From an uncultured Gammaproteobacteria bacterium (GTDB lineage Bacteria; Pseudomonadota; Gammaproteobacteria; CAWCPV01): DNA of 64,000 nucleotides. The translations under genes and the position numbers were made by a program. The notes below the pieces were generated by a model. It ran no database searches. It had not been told where the DNA came from and saw only the letters and a list, made by a program, of their open reading frames with translations. The stretch's first letter is position 1. The number at the start of each line of letters is the position of its first letter. Location: assembly GCA_963797555.1 (NCBI GenBank), contig CAWCPV010000009.1, positions 293,049 through 357,048 of the forward strand, written 5' to 3'. This document shows positions 1-13,642 of this stretch, one piece after another.

Positions 1-2
1 AG

Positions 3-143
3 GGTATGGACGCCCTGGTGAAGCACGCCGTCCAGGGCTTCCAGGGGTCGCAGGGCGTTATGCCGCCCAAAGGCGGGAACCCGTCGTTCTCCGATCAGCA
101 AGTCGCCGACGCCGTCGCCTACATGGTGCAGCAGGCCAAATAG
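3..143 (+). CDS. C-terminal part of cytochrome c5-family protein (partial, runs off window)
   Basis: Translation GMDALVKHAVQGFQGSQGVMPPKGGNPSFSDQQVADAVAYMVQQAK*; MPPKGG axial-Met motif of cytochrome c5. Confidence 0.8.
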   Translation, partial: GMDALVKHAVQGFQGSQGVMPPKGGNPSFSDQQVADAVAYMVQQAK

Positions 144-146
144 GCT

Positions 147-1667
147 TCAGGGGCCGGGGCCGCGGTCCAGGCGGCGGTACTGAACCGCTTCCATGAGATG
201 GGCGGCCTCGATGGTGGGCGAGTCCGCGAGGTCGGCGATGGTGCGCGCGACCTTGAGCACGCGGTGGTAGGCGCGCGCCGACAGGCGCAGCCGTTCGATC
301 ACCTGCTCCAGGAACTGTTGCTCCGGCTCCGCGAGGCGGCACAGCCTCTCGACCTGTCTGGGCCGCAGCGCGGCGTTGGGCTGTCCAGCCCGGTCGAGCT
401 GGCGCACGCGGGCCGCCAGCACGCGCGCCCGGACCTCAGCACTCGTCTCCCTGGCTTGGTCCCCAGTACCGGCGAGCATGTCACGCGGAACACGCGGCAC
501 CTCTACGTGCATGTCGATGCGGTCCAGGAGGGGGCCGGATAGGCGCATGCGATAGCGTTGGACCTGCTCCGCGGTGCAGTGACAGCGCCCGCCCGTGTCG
601 CCCAGGTAGCCGCAAGGGCATGGGTTCATGGCAGCAACGAGCTGGAAGCGCGCTGGAAATTCCGCCTGCCGCGCCGCCCTCGAGATAACGATACGGCCTG
701 ATTCCAAGGGCTCCCGGAGTACCTCCAGCACCCGCCGGTCGAATTCGGGTAGCTCGTCGAGAAACAGCACTCCATTGTGCGCGAGCGAGATCTCGCCCGG
801 GCTGGCTTGGCTCCCGCCGCCGACGACGGCGATGGCGGAAGCCGTATGGTGCGGCGCCCGAAAGGGCGGCCGTCGCCACTGCTCCAGAGCGAAACCCAGG
901 CTACTGACCGAGTAAACGGCGGCGGTGGCTATGGCCTCCCGCTCGGTAAGCGGTGGGAGAATCCCCGGCAATCGGCTAGCGAGCATGCTCTTTCCGGTGC
1001 CGGGCGGTCCTATCATCAACAGGCTGTGGGCACCAGCGGCGGCGATCTCCAAGGCGCGTTTAGCGTGGTGCTGACCCCTGACCTCCATCAGGTCCGCCTC
1101 CGTGTCGGTCAACTCCGGAGACATGACGGGACGCCGCACCCAAGGGTTCAGGGGCTCGCTTCCCTGGAGATGCGCGCATACCTCCAGCAGATGTCCGGCC
1201 GGCAGGACGTTCGCGCCTTCCACCAAGGCGGCCTCGTCCGCGTTTTCCCGTGGCACCACCAGTGCGCGGCCTGCCGCGCGGGTCTTGAGCGCCGCCGGCA
1301 GAATGCCGCGCACGGCGCGCAGCTCACCGGTCAGCGCCAGCTCACCAAAAAACTCCAAACTCGAGAGGTGTTGTCCAGGCACCTGCCCCGACGCTCCAAG
1401 GATGCCGATCGCGATCGGGAGGTCGAAGCGCCCTCCTTCCTTCGGGAGATCCGCCGGCGCCAGGTTGATGGTGATGCGGCGCAGGGGGAACTCGAAGCGG
1501 GCATTCAGCAGCGCGCTGCGCACCCGGTCCTTGCTCTCCTTCACTGCCGTCTCCGGCAAGCCCACGATAGAGAGTCCCGGAAGTCCGTTGGACAGATGGG
1601 CTTCCACGACCACTTCGGGGGCACCGATGCCGGCCTGTGCCCGCGTGTAGACGACCGCCAGGGACAC
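147..1667 (-). CDS. comM: YifB/ComM family Mg-chelatase-like AAA+ ATPase
   Basis: VGLPETAVKESKDRVRSA, GPPGTGKS Walker A, RAPHHTAS, GEISLAHNGVLFLDELPEF; GTG start at 1667. Confidence 0.95.
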   Translation of the reverse strand: MSLAVVYTRAQAGIGAPEVVVEAHLSNGLPGLSIVGLPETAVKESKDRVRSALLNARFEFPLRRITINLAPADLPKEGGRFDLPIAIGILGASGQVPGQHLSSLEFFGELALTGELRAVRGILPAALKTRAAGRALVVPRENADEAALVEGANVLPAGHLLEVCAHLQGSEPLNPWVRRPVMSPELTDTEADLMEVRGQHHAKRALEIAAAGAHSLLMIGPPGTGKSMLASRLPGILPPLTEREAIATAAVYSVSSLGFALEQWRRPPFRAPHHTASAIAVVGGGSQASPGEISLAHNGVLFLDELPEFDRRVLEVLREPLESGRIVISRAARQAEFPARFQLVAAMNPCPCGYLGDTGGRCHCTAEQVQRYRMRLSGPLLDRIDMHVEVPRVPRDMLAGTGDQARETSAEVRARVLAARVRQLDRAGQPNAALRPRQVERLCRLAEPEQQFLEQVIERLRLSARAYHRVLKVARTIADLADSPTIEAAHLMEAVQYRRLDRGPGP

Positions 1668-1671
1668 TGGC

Positions 1672-1980
1672 TCAGCCGCCCGGCGCGGTGCCCTCGGGGG
1701 GCAGGGACTCGGCATGCTCCGCAGTAGTGTTGCGCTCTACCAACGCTTGTCCCTCCAACGCCGCAACCTGTCGCTCCAATGACTCGACTTTCGCTCGGGT
1801 GCGTGCGAGGACCGCCGCCTGAATATCGAACTCTTCCCGTGTGACCAAGTCCACGCGCGCCAGCGCATCAGCGAAGAGCGCGCGCATGTTCTTCTCCATG
1901 TCCCGTTGCAGCTCTCGGGCGCCGGCCGGGACCGTCTGGGAGACTATGCGAACGAGATCATCCAGCAGGTTGGCGTACAT
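1672..1980 (-). CDS. ubiK: Ubiquinone biosynthesis accessory factor UbiK (YqiC)
   Basis: DLVTREEFDIQAAVLARTRAKVESLERQVAALE signature; conserved position between glnK locus and comM. Confidence 0.9.
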   Translation of the reverse strand: MYANLLDDLVRIVSQTVPAGARELQRDMEKNMRALFADALARVDLVTREEFDIQAAVLARTRAKVESLERQVAALEGQALVERNTTAEHAESLPPEGTAPGG

Positions 1981-2017
1981 CGGAGATCCTCGTGTTTTGG
2001 CGGTGTGGTCGAAGTCA

Positions 2018-2055
2018 TGCACTTTAATGGTGCATTCTGTCTCCAAACTGGTGCA
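2018..2055. promoter_or_regulatory. Tandem NtrC binding sites
   Basis: TGCACTTTAATGGTGCA (2018-2034) and GTCTCCAAACTGGTGCA (2039-2055), 21 bp apart, match TGCACC-N5-GGTGCA; upstream of a sigma54 promoter. Confidence 0.8.
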
Positions 2056-2117
2056 TCAGGGTCGGGCGCCGAGGCTGCCTGTCTCCTTGTGTCTTGTTCG
2101 CTCCACTGTGTTGTGTC

Positions 2118-2133
2118 TGGCACAGAAAGTGCA
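2118..2133 (+). promoter_or_regulatory. Sigma54 (-24/-12) promoter of porin-glnK-amtB operon
   Basis: TGGCACAGAAAGTGCA, GG-N10-GC spacing exact. Confidence 0.85.
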
Positions 2134-2199
2134 GCGGAGCACTCGGGGCCGGCCGTAGGCGCCGTCCGGATTCCTTTAACTTGCTCTAAGGAGAAAGCT

Positions 2200-2913
2200 A
2201 TGAAACGGTTACCTGTCCTTCTCGCGGCGACCAGCATCGTCGCGAGCGCTCACGCCGCTGAGCCCGAGTTCCAATTCCCGGTGAGCGTAGACCTGACATC
2301 CAATTACGTTTTCCGCGGAATCTCGCAAACCGACAACGGTCCGGCCATCCAGGGGAGCTTTGGGGTGACGCATAGCAGCGGACTGTACGTCGGTCTTTGG
2401 GCATCGAACGTCGACTTCAACGATAACAACCAGGCCAACTTGGAGACGGACTGGTCGGCCGGGCTGACAGGAAAGCTCGGGGGGCTCGGCTGGGATCTGG
2501 GGGCGATTTACTACTACTACCCGGGCGCTGCCAGCAGTCTGAACTACAACTACTGGGAGATCGGTCCCAAGCTGAGCTATGACCTGGGGTTTGCCTCGAC
2601 CACGTTCGGGTTCTACGCCAGCCCCAACTTTTTTGGCGACACCGGGACGGGCTGGTACCCGTACCTCGAGGCGAGCATACCGCTGCCTTTGCCTATGACG
2701 CAGAAGGTGAATCTCGGTCTGCACGTGGGTCACCAGAACGTGGAAGCCCAAACCTTTACTAACTATACGGACTGGAGGGTGGGACTGTCCACGCAGCTGG
2801 CGGGCCTGGGCTTCGACCTCAGCTACATCGACACTAGCCTTAGCCAGAGTGAGTGCGGCAATACCACGCTCTGTGGCTCCCGCGCTGTATTTACGGTTTC
2901 GAAGAGCTTCTAG
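2200..2913 (+). CDS. TorF/Gcw_chp family putative outer-membrane porin
   Basis: Signal peptide, TSNYVFRGISQTDNGPAIQG motif, C-terminal F; typical first gene of glnK-amtB operon. Confidence 0.88.
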   Translation: MKRLPVLLAATSIVASAHAAEPEFQFPVSVDLTSNYVFRGISQTDNGPAIQGSFGVTHSSGLYVGLWASNVDFNDNNQANLETDWSAGLTGKLGGLGWDLGAIYYYYPGAASSLNYNYWEIGPKLSYDLGFASTTFGFYASPNFFGDTGTGWYPYLEASIPLPLPMTQKVNLGLHVGHQNVEAQTFTNYTDWRVGLSTQLAGLGFDLSYIDTSLSQSECGNTTLCGSRAVFTVSKSF

Positions 2914-3267
<354 letters not shown>

Positions 3268-3289
3268 CTGGACTTCAGGAGGAATCTTG

Positions 3290-4645
3290 ATGAGTCTCAC
3301 GATCGATAAGAAAGGTGCGCGGCCGCTGCTGGGCCTGCTGATGTGGGCGATGCCCGTGCTCGCCATGGCCGCGGACGCACCGAAGCTCGATAGCGGCGAC
3401 ACGGCTTGGATGTTGACGTCCATGGCACTGGTGCTGATGATGACGGTCCCCGGGCTGGCGCTGTTCTATGCCGGAATGGTACGGGCCAAGAACGCACTTT
3501 CGGTAATGATGCAGTGTTTCGCCATCACCTGCCTGGTGACCATACTCTGGGCGCTGTATGGTTACAGCCTGGCCTTCTACGGCGGTGTGGACGCCACGGC
3601 GCCGTTGAGCAATCTGCACAACTGGATAGGCGATCTGTCGCACGCATTCATGAGCGGAGTGACCCTGGATCCCAAGACCCCCTCCGTGTTTTCCGGTGCC
3701 CCGACGATCCCGGAAACCGTGTATTCGATGTTTCAATTGACTTTCGCGATCATCACCCCGGCACTCATCGTGGGTGCGTTCGCCGAGCGTATGAAGTTCT
3801 CGGCGATGCTCTGGTTCATGGGGCTTTGGCTGACGCTGGTCTATGCCCCCATCGCCCACTGGGTATGGGGCGGCGGCTGGGCCGGCAACCTGGGAGTCAA
3901 AGACTTCGCCGGCGGCACTGTGGTGCACATCAACGCGGGGATCGCCGGCCTGGTGGCGGCGCTGGTGTTGGGCAAGCGCAAGGGTTATCCGACTACCCCC
4001 ATGCCTCCGCATAACCTGCTGTTCACGGTGACCGGTGCATCCCTGCTGTGGGTGGGGTGGTTCGGATTCAACGCGGGCAGCGCGGTGGCCGCCAACGGGA
4101 CCGCCGGGATGGCGATGGCCGTGACCCAGATTGCCACCGCTGCGGCGGCGCTCGCGTGGATGTTCAGCGAATGGATATCCCACGGCAAGCCCAGCGCGCT
4201 CGGAATTGCGTCCGGCGCCGTCGCCGGCCTCGTGGCGATCACCCCGGCCTCGGGTTTCGTCGGTCCAATGGGCGCCATCGTGATCGGCGTCGCGGCGGGA
4301 GTGGGCTGTTATATCGCGTCGGCCAAGGTGAAGCGCCTCCTGGGCTACGACGACTCGCTGGACGCTTTCGGCGTACATGCCATCGGCGGCATCATCGGGG
4401 CCTTGCTTACCGGGGTCTTCATCGACGCGGCGCTGGGCGGTGCTGGACTGGACAAGGACGTGACCATGGCCGCTCAGCTCACAAAACAAGCCATAGGCGT
4501 GATGTCCACTATCGTCTACGATGGGGTAGTGAGTTTCGTGATCCTCAAGGTGTTGGATATGCTCATCGGCCTGCGGGTCACCGAGGAGCAAGAGACGGAG
4601 GGTCTCGATGTCGCCCTCCACGACGAGCGCGGTTACGTTCTCTAA
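3290..4645 (+). CDS. amtB: Ammonium transporter
   Basis: DSGDTAW, DFAGGTVVH, WFGFNAGS, DDSLDAFGVH motifs. Confidence 0.97.
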   Translation: MSLTIDKKGARPLLGLLMWAMPVLAMAADAPKLDSGDTAWMLTSMALVLMMTVPGLALFYAGMVRAKNALSVMMQCFAITCLVTILWALYGYSLAFYGGVDATAPLSNLHNWIGDLSHAFMSGVTLDPKTPSVFSGAPTIPETVYSMFQLTFAIITPALIVGAFAERMKFSAMLWFMGLWLTLVYAPIAHWVWGGGWAGNLGVKDFAGGTVVHINAGIAGLVAALVLGKRKGYPTTPMPPHNLLFTVTGASLLWVGWFGFNAGSAVAANGTAGMAMAVTQIATAAAALAWMFSEWISHGKPSALGIASGAVAGLVAITPASGFVGPMGAIVIGVAAGVGCYIASAKVKRLLGYDDSLDAFGVHAIGGIIGALLTGVFIDAALGGAGLDKDVTMAAQLTKQAIGVMSTIVYDGVVSFVILKVLDMLIGLRVTEEQETEGLDVALHDERGYVL

Positions 4646-4695
4646 ATTCAAAAACACCAGTTGAAAGAAAGGCTACCCCCTAATCGGGGGACTCG

Positions 4696-4724
4696 GCGGG
4701 CGCGCACTGCGCCCGCTTTTTTTT
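4696..4724 (+). terminator. Rho-independent terminator after amtB
   Basis: GCGGGCGC-GCACT-GCGCCCGC stem followed by T8. Confidence 0.9.
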
Positions 4725-4988
4725 GCGGGGGTCTCGTAGCCACTTTGGCAGAAGAGGGGTCTGCCTTTCGAGCCCGCTCTCGGAATGAGATTTGCGTTCG
4801 CCCGACGCGAGCGAAGTCCAGGGTACGCCGGCTGCTTGGAGTGCTCCGCTCCGCCGCAAGATGCGTGGCGCCCGGAGTAGCCTGGCCCGTCAGCAGCGGC
4901 GTTCCGGGTCCGGCCTGGGGTACTCTGCTTCTGGGTGGCGAGCGCTTGTGACATAATCGCCGTCGCGGGCAAGACTCCGCACGGTTAG

Positions 4989-5645
4989 ATGACCTTGACG
5001 ACGGTGCCGCAGCTCACGATGGCGCCCCGACTGCGGGTGGTCGAACTTGTGACTCGGAAGCTGGGGCCGTTGTCGCTGCATCTCGCGGCGGGAGAGTGTG
5101 CGGCCTTGGCCGGCCCCTCTGGCGCTGGCAAGACCCTATTGCTGCGGGCCATCGCGGACTTGGATCCGCATCGCGGAGAGGTGTACCTCGACGGGCGGGA
5201 GGCCTCCCAGGTGTCACCCGAGAAGTGGCGAAGGGCCGTCGGCATGTTGCCCGCCGAAAGCGTCTGGTGGTACGACGTGGTGGGAGCACATTTTCCAACC
5301 GCGTCCCCGTCCTCGCTCAAGGTGCTCGGGTTCGATGACGATGTCTTGGGGTGGACCGTCCGCCGGCTATCCACCGGTGAACGTGCGCGCCTGGCTCTGG
5401 CCCGTCTGCTTTGCAACCGGCCCGACGTGCTGCTGCTGGATGAGCCCACTGCGAGTTTGGACCCTGTCAGCACACAGCGGGTAGAGGCGGTGCTCGCTGC
5501 GTACCGGTCCGGGCAGAAGGCAGCGCTCTTGTGGGTGAGCCATGACCCAGGACAGGTGGAACGCGTGGCCGGGCGCTGCTGGCGTCTCGACGGGGGTAAA
5601 CTGCTCGATCAGGGGGAAACCCGACCGGTGTTGGTGGCTTCGTGA
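4989..5645 (+). CDS. ABC transporter ATP-binding protein (FetA/YbbL-like)
   Basis: GPSGAGKT, LSTGERAR, LLLDEPT, WVSHD; paired with UPF0014 permease. Confidence 0.85.
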   Translation: MTLTTVPQLTMAPRLRVVELVTRKLGPLSLHLAAGECAALAGPSGAGKTLLLRAIADLDPHRGEVYLDGREASQVSPEKWRRAVGMLPAESVWWYDVVGAHFPTASPSSLKVLGFDDDVLGWTVRRLSTGERARLALARLLCNRPDVLLLDEPTASLDPVSTQRVEAVLAAYRSGQKAALLWVSHDPGQVERVAGRCWRLDGGKLLDQGETRPVLVAS

Positions 5646-5688
5646 GGGCTGCCGGCCGAAGCAATGGCGCCGACGGGCCGGACGTGTT

Positions 5689-6486
5689 TTGCACACTACC
5701 GTCCTGACGCCCCTGGATCTCACGCTGGCGGCCGGCCTCGTGCTCGCGCTCGCCGCCCTGTCCGTGCGTCTGCGCCTGGGCCTGACCCGGTCCCTGCTTG
5801 TCGCTAGCTTGCGCACGACGGTGCAGCTCCTGTTGACCGGACTGGTGCTCAAGGCGCTATTCGCTCATGTGCACCTGGCGTGGATGGCGCTGGTCGCAAT
5901 GGTGATGCTGCTCGCGGCGGGACGGGAGGTGGTCGCGCGGCAGGCACGGGGTTTCCAGGGGCTCTGGGGTTTTGCCGTGGGGACCACGGCCATGTTCATT
6001 TCTTCTTTCGCGGTGACGGTGCTGGCCCTGACCGTCATCGTCCATGCCCGACCTTGGTATACCCCGCAGTACGCGATCCCGTTGCTCGGCATGCTGCTCG
6101 GCAACGCCATGAACGGTATTGCGCTGGCCGTTGACCGATTGACCCAGTCGGTCTGGAGCGAGCGCTCGATCATCGAGGGGCGGCTCTTGCTCGGACAGCG
6201 TTGGGAGGAGGCCATCGGGGACATACGGCGCGACAGCCTCCGATCCGGCCTGATCCCCATCGTCAACGCCATGGCAGCCGCAGGCATCGTCAGTCTGCCG
6301 GGCATGATGACGGGACAGATCCTGGCTGGTGCACAGCCGGTCGAGGCGGTGAAGTACCAGATCTTGATCATGTTCCTGATCGCGGGCGGCACGGGTTTCG
6401 GCACGTTCGCGGCGGTCTGGCTGGGATCGGCGCGCCTGTTCGACGAGCGCCAGCGGCTGCGTCTGGAGCGCTTGCGCACCGGCTGA
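5689..6486 (+). CDS. ABC transporter permease, FetB/YbbM (UPF0014) family
   Basis: RTTVQLLL, PQYAIPLLGMLLGNAMNG, GIVSLPGMMTGQILAG, AVKYQILIMF; start approximate. Confidence 0.88.
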   Translation: MHTTVLTPLDLTLAAGLVLALAALSVRLRLGLTRSLLVASLRTTVQLLLTGLVLKALFAHVHLAWMALVAMVMLLAAGREVVARQARGFQGLWGFAVGTTAMFISSFAVTVLALTVIVHARPWYTPQYAIPLLGMLLGNAMNGIALAVDRLTQSVWSERSIIEGRLLLGQRWEEAIGDIRRDSLRSGLIPIVNAMAAAGIVSLPGMMTGQILAGAQPVEAVKYQILIMFLIAGGTGFGTFAAVWLGSARLFDERQRLRLERLRTG

Positions 6487-6527
6487 ACCCAGCTCGACGC
6501 CGAGTCTGGTGGCAGACGACGCGCCGC

Positions 6528-7387
6528 TCAGGACGACACCAGCGCCTGACAGAGGAACTCAGGTGCGGCCATTGCCGCGCGGTGCACCGCGGCGTTGTAG
6601 TAGCGGGTCGGGAAAGTCTTGTCGGCGGCCGCTGATTCGCGGAAGCCCGAGAGCACGCGGTCTTTCCCCGCCAGGGTGGCGCTCCACCACCCCGACGGGT
6701 AGGAGCACTGGGGGAAATGCAGAAGCCGGAACGTCCAGAAAGCCCGCATGGCGCATCCCGTCATGCATGGACTTGATGAAGTTGGTGTGAAACAATGGGG
6801 ACTCGCTCTGTTGAGCGAATATTCCGCCCGGCTTGAGCGTGCGCAGGCAATCCCGGTAGAACGTTTCGGAGAACAGCCCGGTTGCGGGCCCGACTGGATC
6901 GGTGCTGTCCACTAGGATCAAGTCATACTGCTCGGCGGGCGTTTCGGCGACCCAACGGATGCCGTCGCTGAAATGAAGTTCAGCGCGGGGGTTTTCGTTC
7001 GATTCGCACAGTTCCGGGAAGTATTGCTCGGCCAAGCGGGTGACCCGTTCGTCGATCTCGACTTGGACCACGCGGCGCACGGTTTCGTGTTTGATCACTT
7101 CCCGCAAGGTGCCGCAATCGCCACCCCCGATGATGAGCACGTGCTCGGGGCGAGGGTGCGTGAACAAGGCAGGATGCGACATCATCTCGTGGTAGATGAA
7201 GTTGTCGCGGTCCGTCAGCATCACTGCGCCGTCGATGAGCATCGCGGTCCCGAAGCTCTCGGTCTCGTAGATGCGGATACGCTGGTAAGCGGTCTGCTCC
7301 TCATGGAGCAACGTCCCGAGCTTCATGGAGAAGGCCGAGCCAGAGTCCTCGCAGATCTCCGTCAGCCACCGGTCATCCAGCACCATG
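6528..7387 (-). CDS. speE: Spermidine synthase, one apparent frameshift near 6730
   Basis: LIIGGGDCG, DSTDPVGPA; C-terminus (FPQCSYPSGWWSATLA...RYYNAAVH) continues in another frame. Confidence 0.9.
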
Positions 7388-7470
7388 GTGCCCACCTGCA
7401 CGTGGCGGAAACCCGAAAGATAAATGAAAAGGGCGGCCTTGGGTAGGGTCGCCACCCGCTTTCCGTTACG

Positions 7471-11258
<3,788 letters not shown>

Positions 11259-11272
<14 letters not shown>

Positions 11273-12362
11273 GCGGGTTATGGCTGCCACCGACCTGCTG
11301 AGGAAACTGGACCTCTCTCCCTTCCTGCGATGGTGGGCTGCAGAGTTGGCCGCGGCGCTGCCGCCCCGCGCGCAGCGGTTGATTCGGGGGCAGCCGCAAC
11401 GCTTGGTTCTGGAAGTGGAAGGGGAGCATGTGGCGGTGATCTGCCACCGCAGCGACGTGCCCCAGGACCTGGGGCACTTCCCGCTCGGCGATCTCGCCGA
11501 AGAGCAGATCGCGAAGCTTCGCGAACAGTTGGATGTGGACGCGACCCGCTGTCCGGCGCTGACGGTGCGCCTGCCTGCGGAGCTTGCCCTGCAGAAAGTG
11601 GTCGCACTGCCGCTCGCTGCCGAGGAGAATCTCCGGCAGGTGCTGACTTTCGAGATGGACCGGCAGACTCCCTTCAAGGCCGATCAGGTGTACTTCGACT
11701 ACGAAGTGCTGGCGCGCGACTCAGCGGCCCGGCGCTTGCGCGTGCGGTTGACGACGGTGCCGAGGAGGGCAATGGACGCCGTGCTAGGGAAGCTCGAGGT
11801 GTTGGGGATGCAGCCGGATCGCGTAGAGGTCGTCGGAACCGCCGCGGTCAATTTGCTGCCCCCAGAGCGGCGCCAGGCACGAGGCCATGGCAGCCGGCGG
11901 CTCCATCTGGCCCTCGGTGCGGTGGCCGTGCTGCTGGTGCTAGCGGCTGTAGCCATACCCCTGTGGCAGCAGTGGGGGCAGGTGCTCACGCTGCGACCTC
12001 AAGTGGCGAGTGCGCAGCGCGAGGCGGAGCAGGTCCTGTCCTTACGGGACTCCCTGGACCGCGCTATCAAGGAATCCCGGCTGGTGCTCGACAAGCGGCG
12101 CCAGACACCCCTGCTGGTGGACGTTCTGAACCAGCTTACCCATCTCCTTCCCGATGGAACTTGGCTCTCGTCGTTCGAGCTGAAAGGCAACGATCTGCGT
12201 ATCCAGGGCGAATCGACCGGTGCCTCGGCCCTGGTCGGCGTACTCGAGGCGTCCCCGCGGTTCTCGCAGGTACGCTTCAGCTCACCGGTGACCCAGAACC
12301 CGGCCACCGGGCGGGAGCGTTTTCAGCTCTCGGCCACAGTGGATCCGTACCCGAAGCAATGA
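11259..12362 (+). CDS. gspL: T2SS GspL / PilN-domain protein (XpsL type)
   Basis: LPLAAEENLRQVLTFEMDRQTPF, TM helix, LPDGTWL PilN domain. Confidence 0.85.
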
Positions 12363-12940
12363 AGCTGCAGCTCAGTCCATGGACGAGCCGTGCGGCCGCG
12401 CTGGGACTCCTGGCCCTGGTGTTGGCGGCGATTTACGGCCTGCTCCTGGGGCCCCTGATCGGCCGTCACGAGACCTACCAGGTGACCATCCACGACTTGG
12501 AGGAGCGCCTGGCCCGCTACCGGAGCGTCGAGGCAGACAGGCGGGCGGTGCAGGCCAGGTTCGACGCCCTGCGCCGACGCAGGCGCGGTGTCGAGGTCTA
12601 TCTGAAGGCCGCGACGTTGACGCTGGCTGGCGCGGAGCTGCAGGAGCGCACCAAACGGGTGGTGGAATCGAGCGGCGGAACCCTCGTCAGCACTCAAACT
12701 CTGCCCGAGCGTACGGAAGGGGGGCTGGTGCAAGTGTCGATCAAGGTGCGCATGAACGGCGATGTCGGCTCCTTGCAGAAGGTCTTCTACGAGCTAGAGT
12801 CTGGCCAGCCGGTGCTGTTTCTGGACAATGTGTTCATACGCTCGCGCATGGTGCGGCGCGGCCGTGGCATTAGCACTGCGTCGGAGCTGGACATCAACTT
12901 CGATATCGTCGGGTATATGCCCGCGGGGACGCCGGCATGA
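12359..12940 (+). CDS. gspM: T2SS protein GspM (XpsM type)
   Basis: N-terminal TM, LAGAELQ, LESGQPVLFLDN; operon position. Confidence 0.82.
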   Translation: MKLQLSPWTSRAAALGLLALVLAAIYGLLLGPLIGRHETYQVTIHDLEERLARYRSVEADRRAVQARFDALRRRRRGVEVYLKAATLTLAGAELQERTKRVVESSGGTLVSTQTLPERTEGGLVQVSIKVRMNGDVGSLQKVFYELESGQPVLFLDNVFIRSRMVRRGRGISTASELDINFDIVGYMPAGTPA

Positions 12941-13557
12941 TGCTTTCCGGTCCCGGCTCGCGCCTGACACTGGTGTTGGCGGGAGTTTGCGCAACTTTGT
13001 CGGTGCTGGTCGGCTGGGAGCTGATGACCCCCCGGCGCTCGACTGCCGCGACGACGGTCCCTGCGCACCCGGGAGGTGTTTCCCTCCCGGAAATCCCGAG
13101 CTGGGACTATCGGGTGCCGCCGGCCGCCAAGTTCAATGAGAGCGTGGAGCGACCCCTGTTCATTGTGGAGCGAAGGCCGCCCGAGCCCGAAAAAGAGGGG
13201 GGCACGGTGACAGCGGCAGCGAGCGCAGTTGAGAAGCCGCAAGCGCGGCTCTTGGGGGTGGTCATCACCCCCCAGAAGCGTCAGGCCTTATTGCAGGAAA
13301 ATGGAAGTGATAACGTATTGTACCTTGAGCCCGGGATGACACTGCAGGACTGGGAGATCAAGAGCATAGAGCCGGATCGGGTCGTGTTGACGGCGGGGCG
13401 GGAGACGGAAGCCCTGGAACTGCGCACCTTCGAGCAGCCTTCTGGGACAGCCGCCGCGCCGCTGCGTCGCGCCGGCGCTTCGGCACCGTCGCCGAGTCTG
13501 TACAGACGCGACCTATGGCGCCCGAAGCGAGGCCAGGGATTACCGAAGGAGCATTAG
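12937..13557 (+). CDS. T2SS protein GspN/GspC-like (XpsN type)
   Basis: N-terminal TM, ERPLF...RRP, LLGVVITP motifs; between gspM and gspD. Confidence 0.7.
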   Translation: MMLSGPGSRLTLVLAGVCATLSVLVGWELMTPRRSTAATTVPAHPGGVSLPEIPSWDYRVPPAAKFNESVERPLFIVERRPPEPEKEGGTVTAAASAVEKPQARLLGVVITPQKRQALLQENGSDNVLYLEPGMTLQDWEIKSIEPDRVVLTAGRETEALELRTFEQPSGTAAAPLRRAGASAPSPSLYRRDLWRPKRGQGLPKEH

Positions 13558-13642
13558 CCGGCGCGACGCCCGCAGCGCCCACCAGGGCGGGCACGGATAC
13601 AGCCGTGAGGATCGTACATTGCGAGGCAAAGGGATAGATGAC

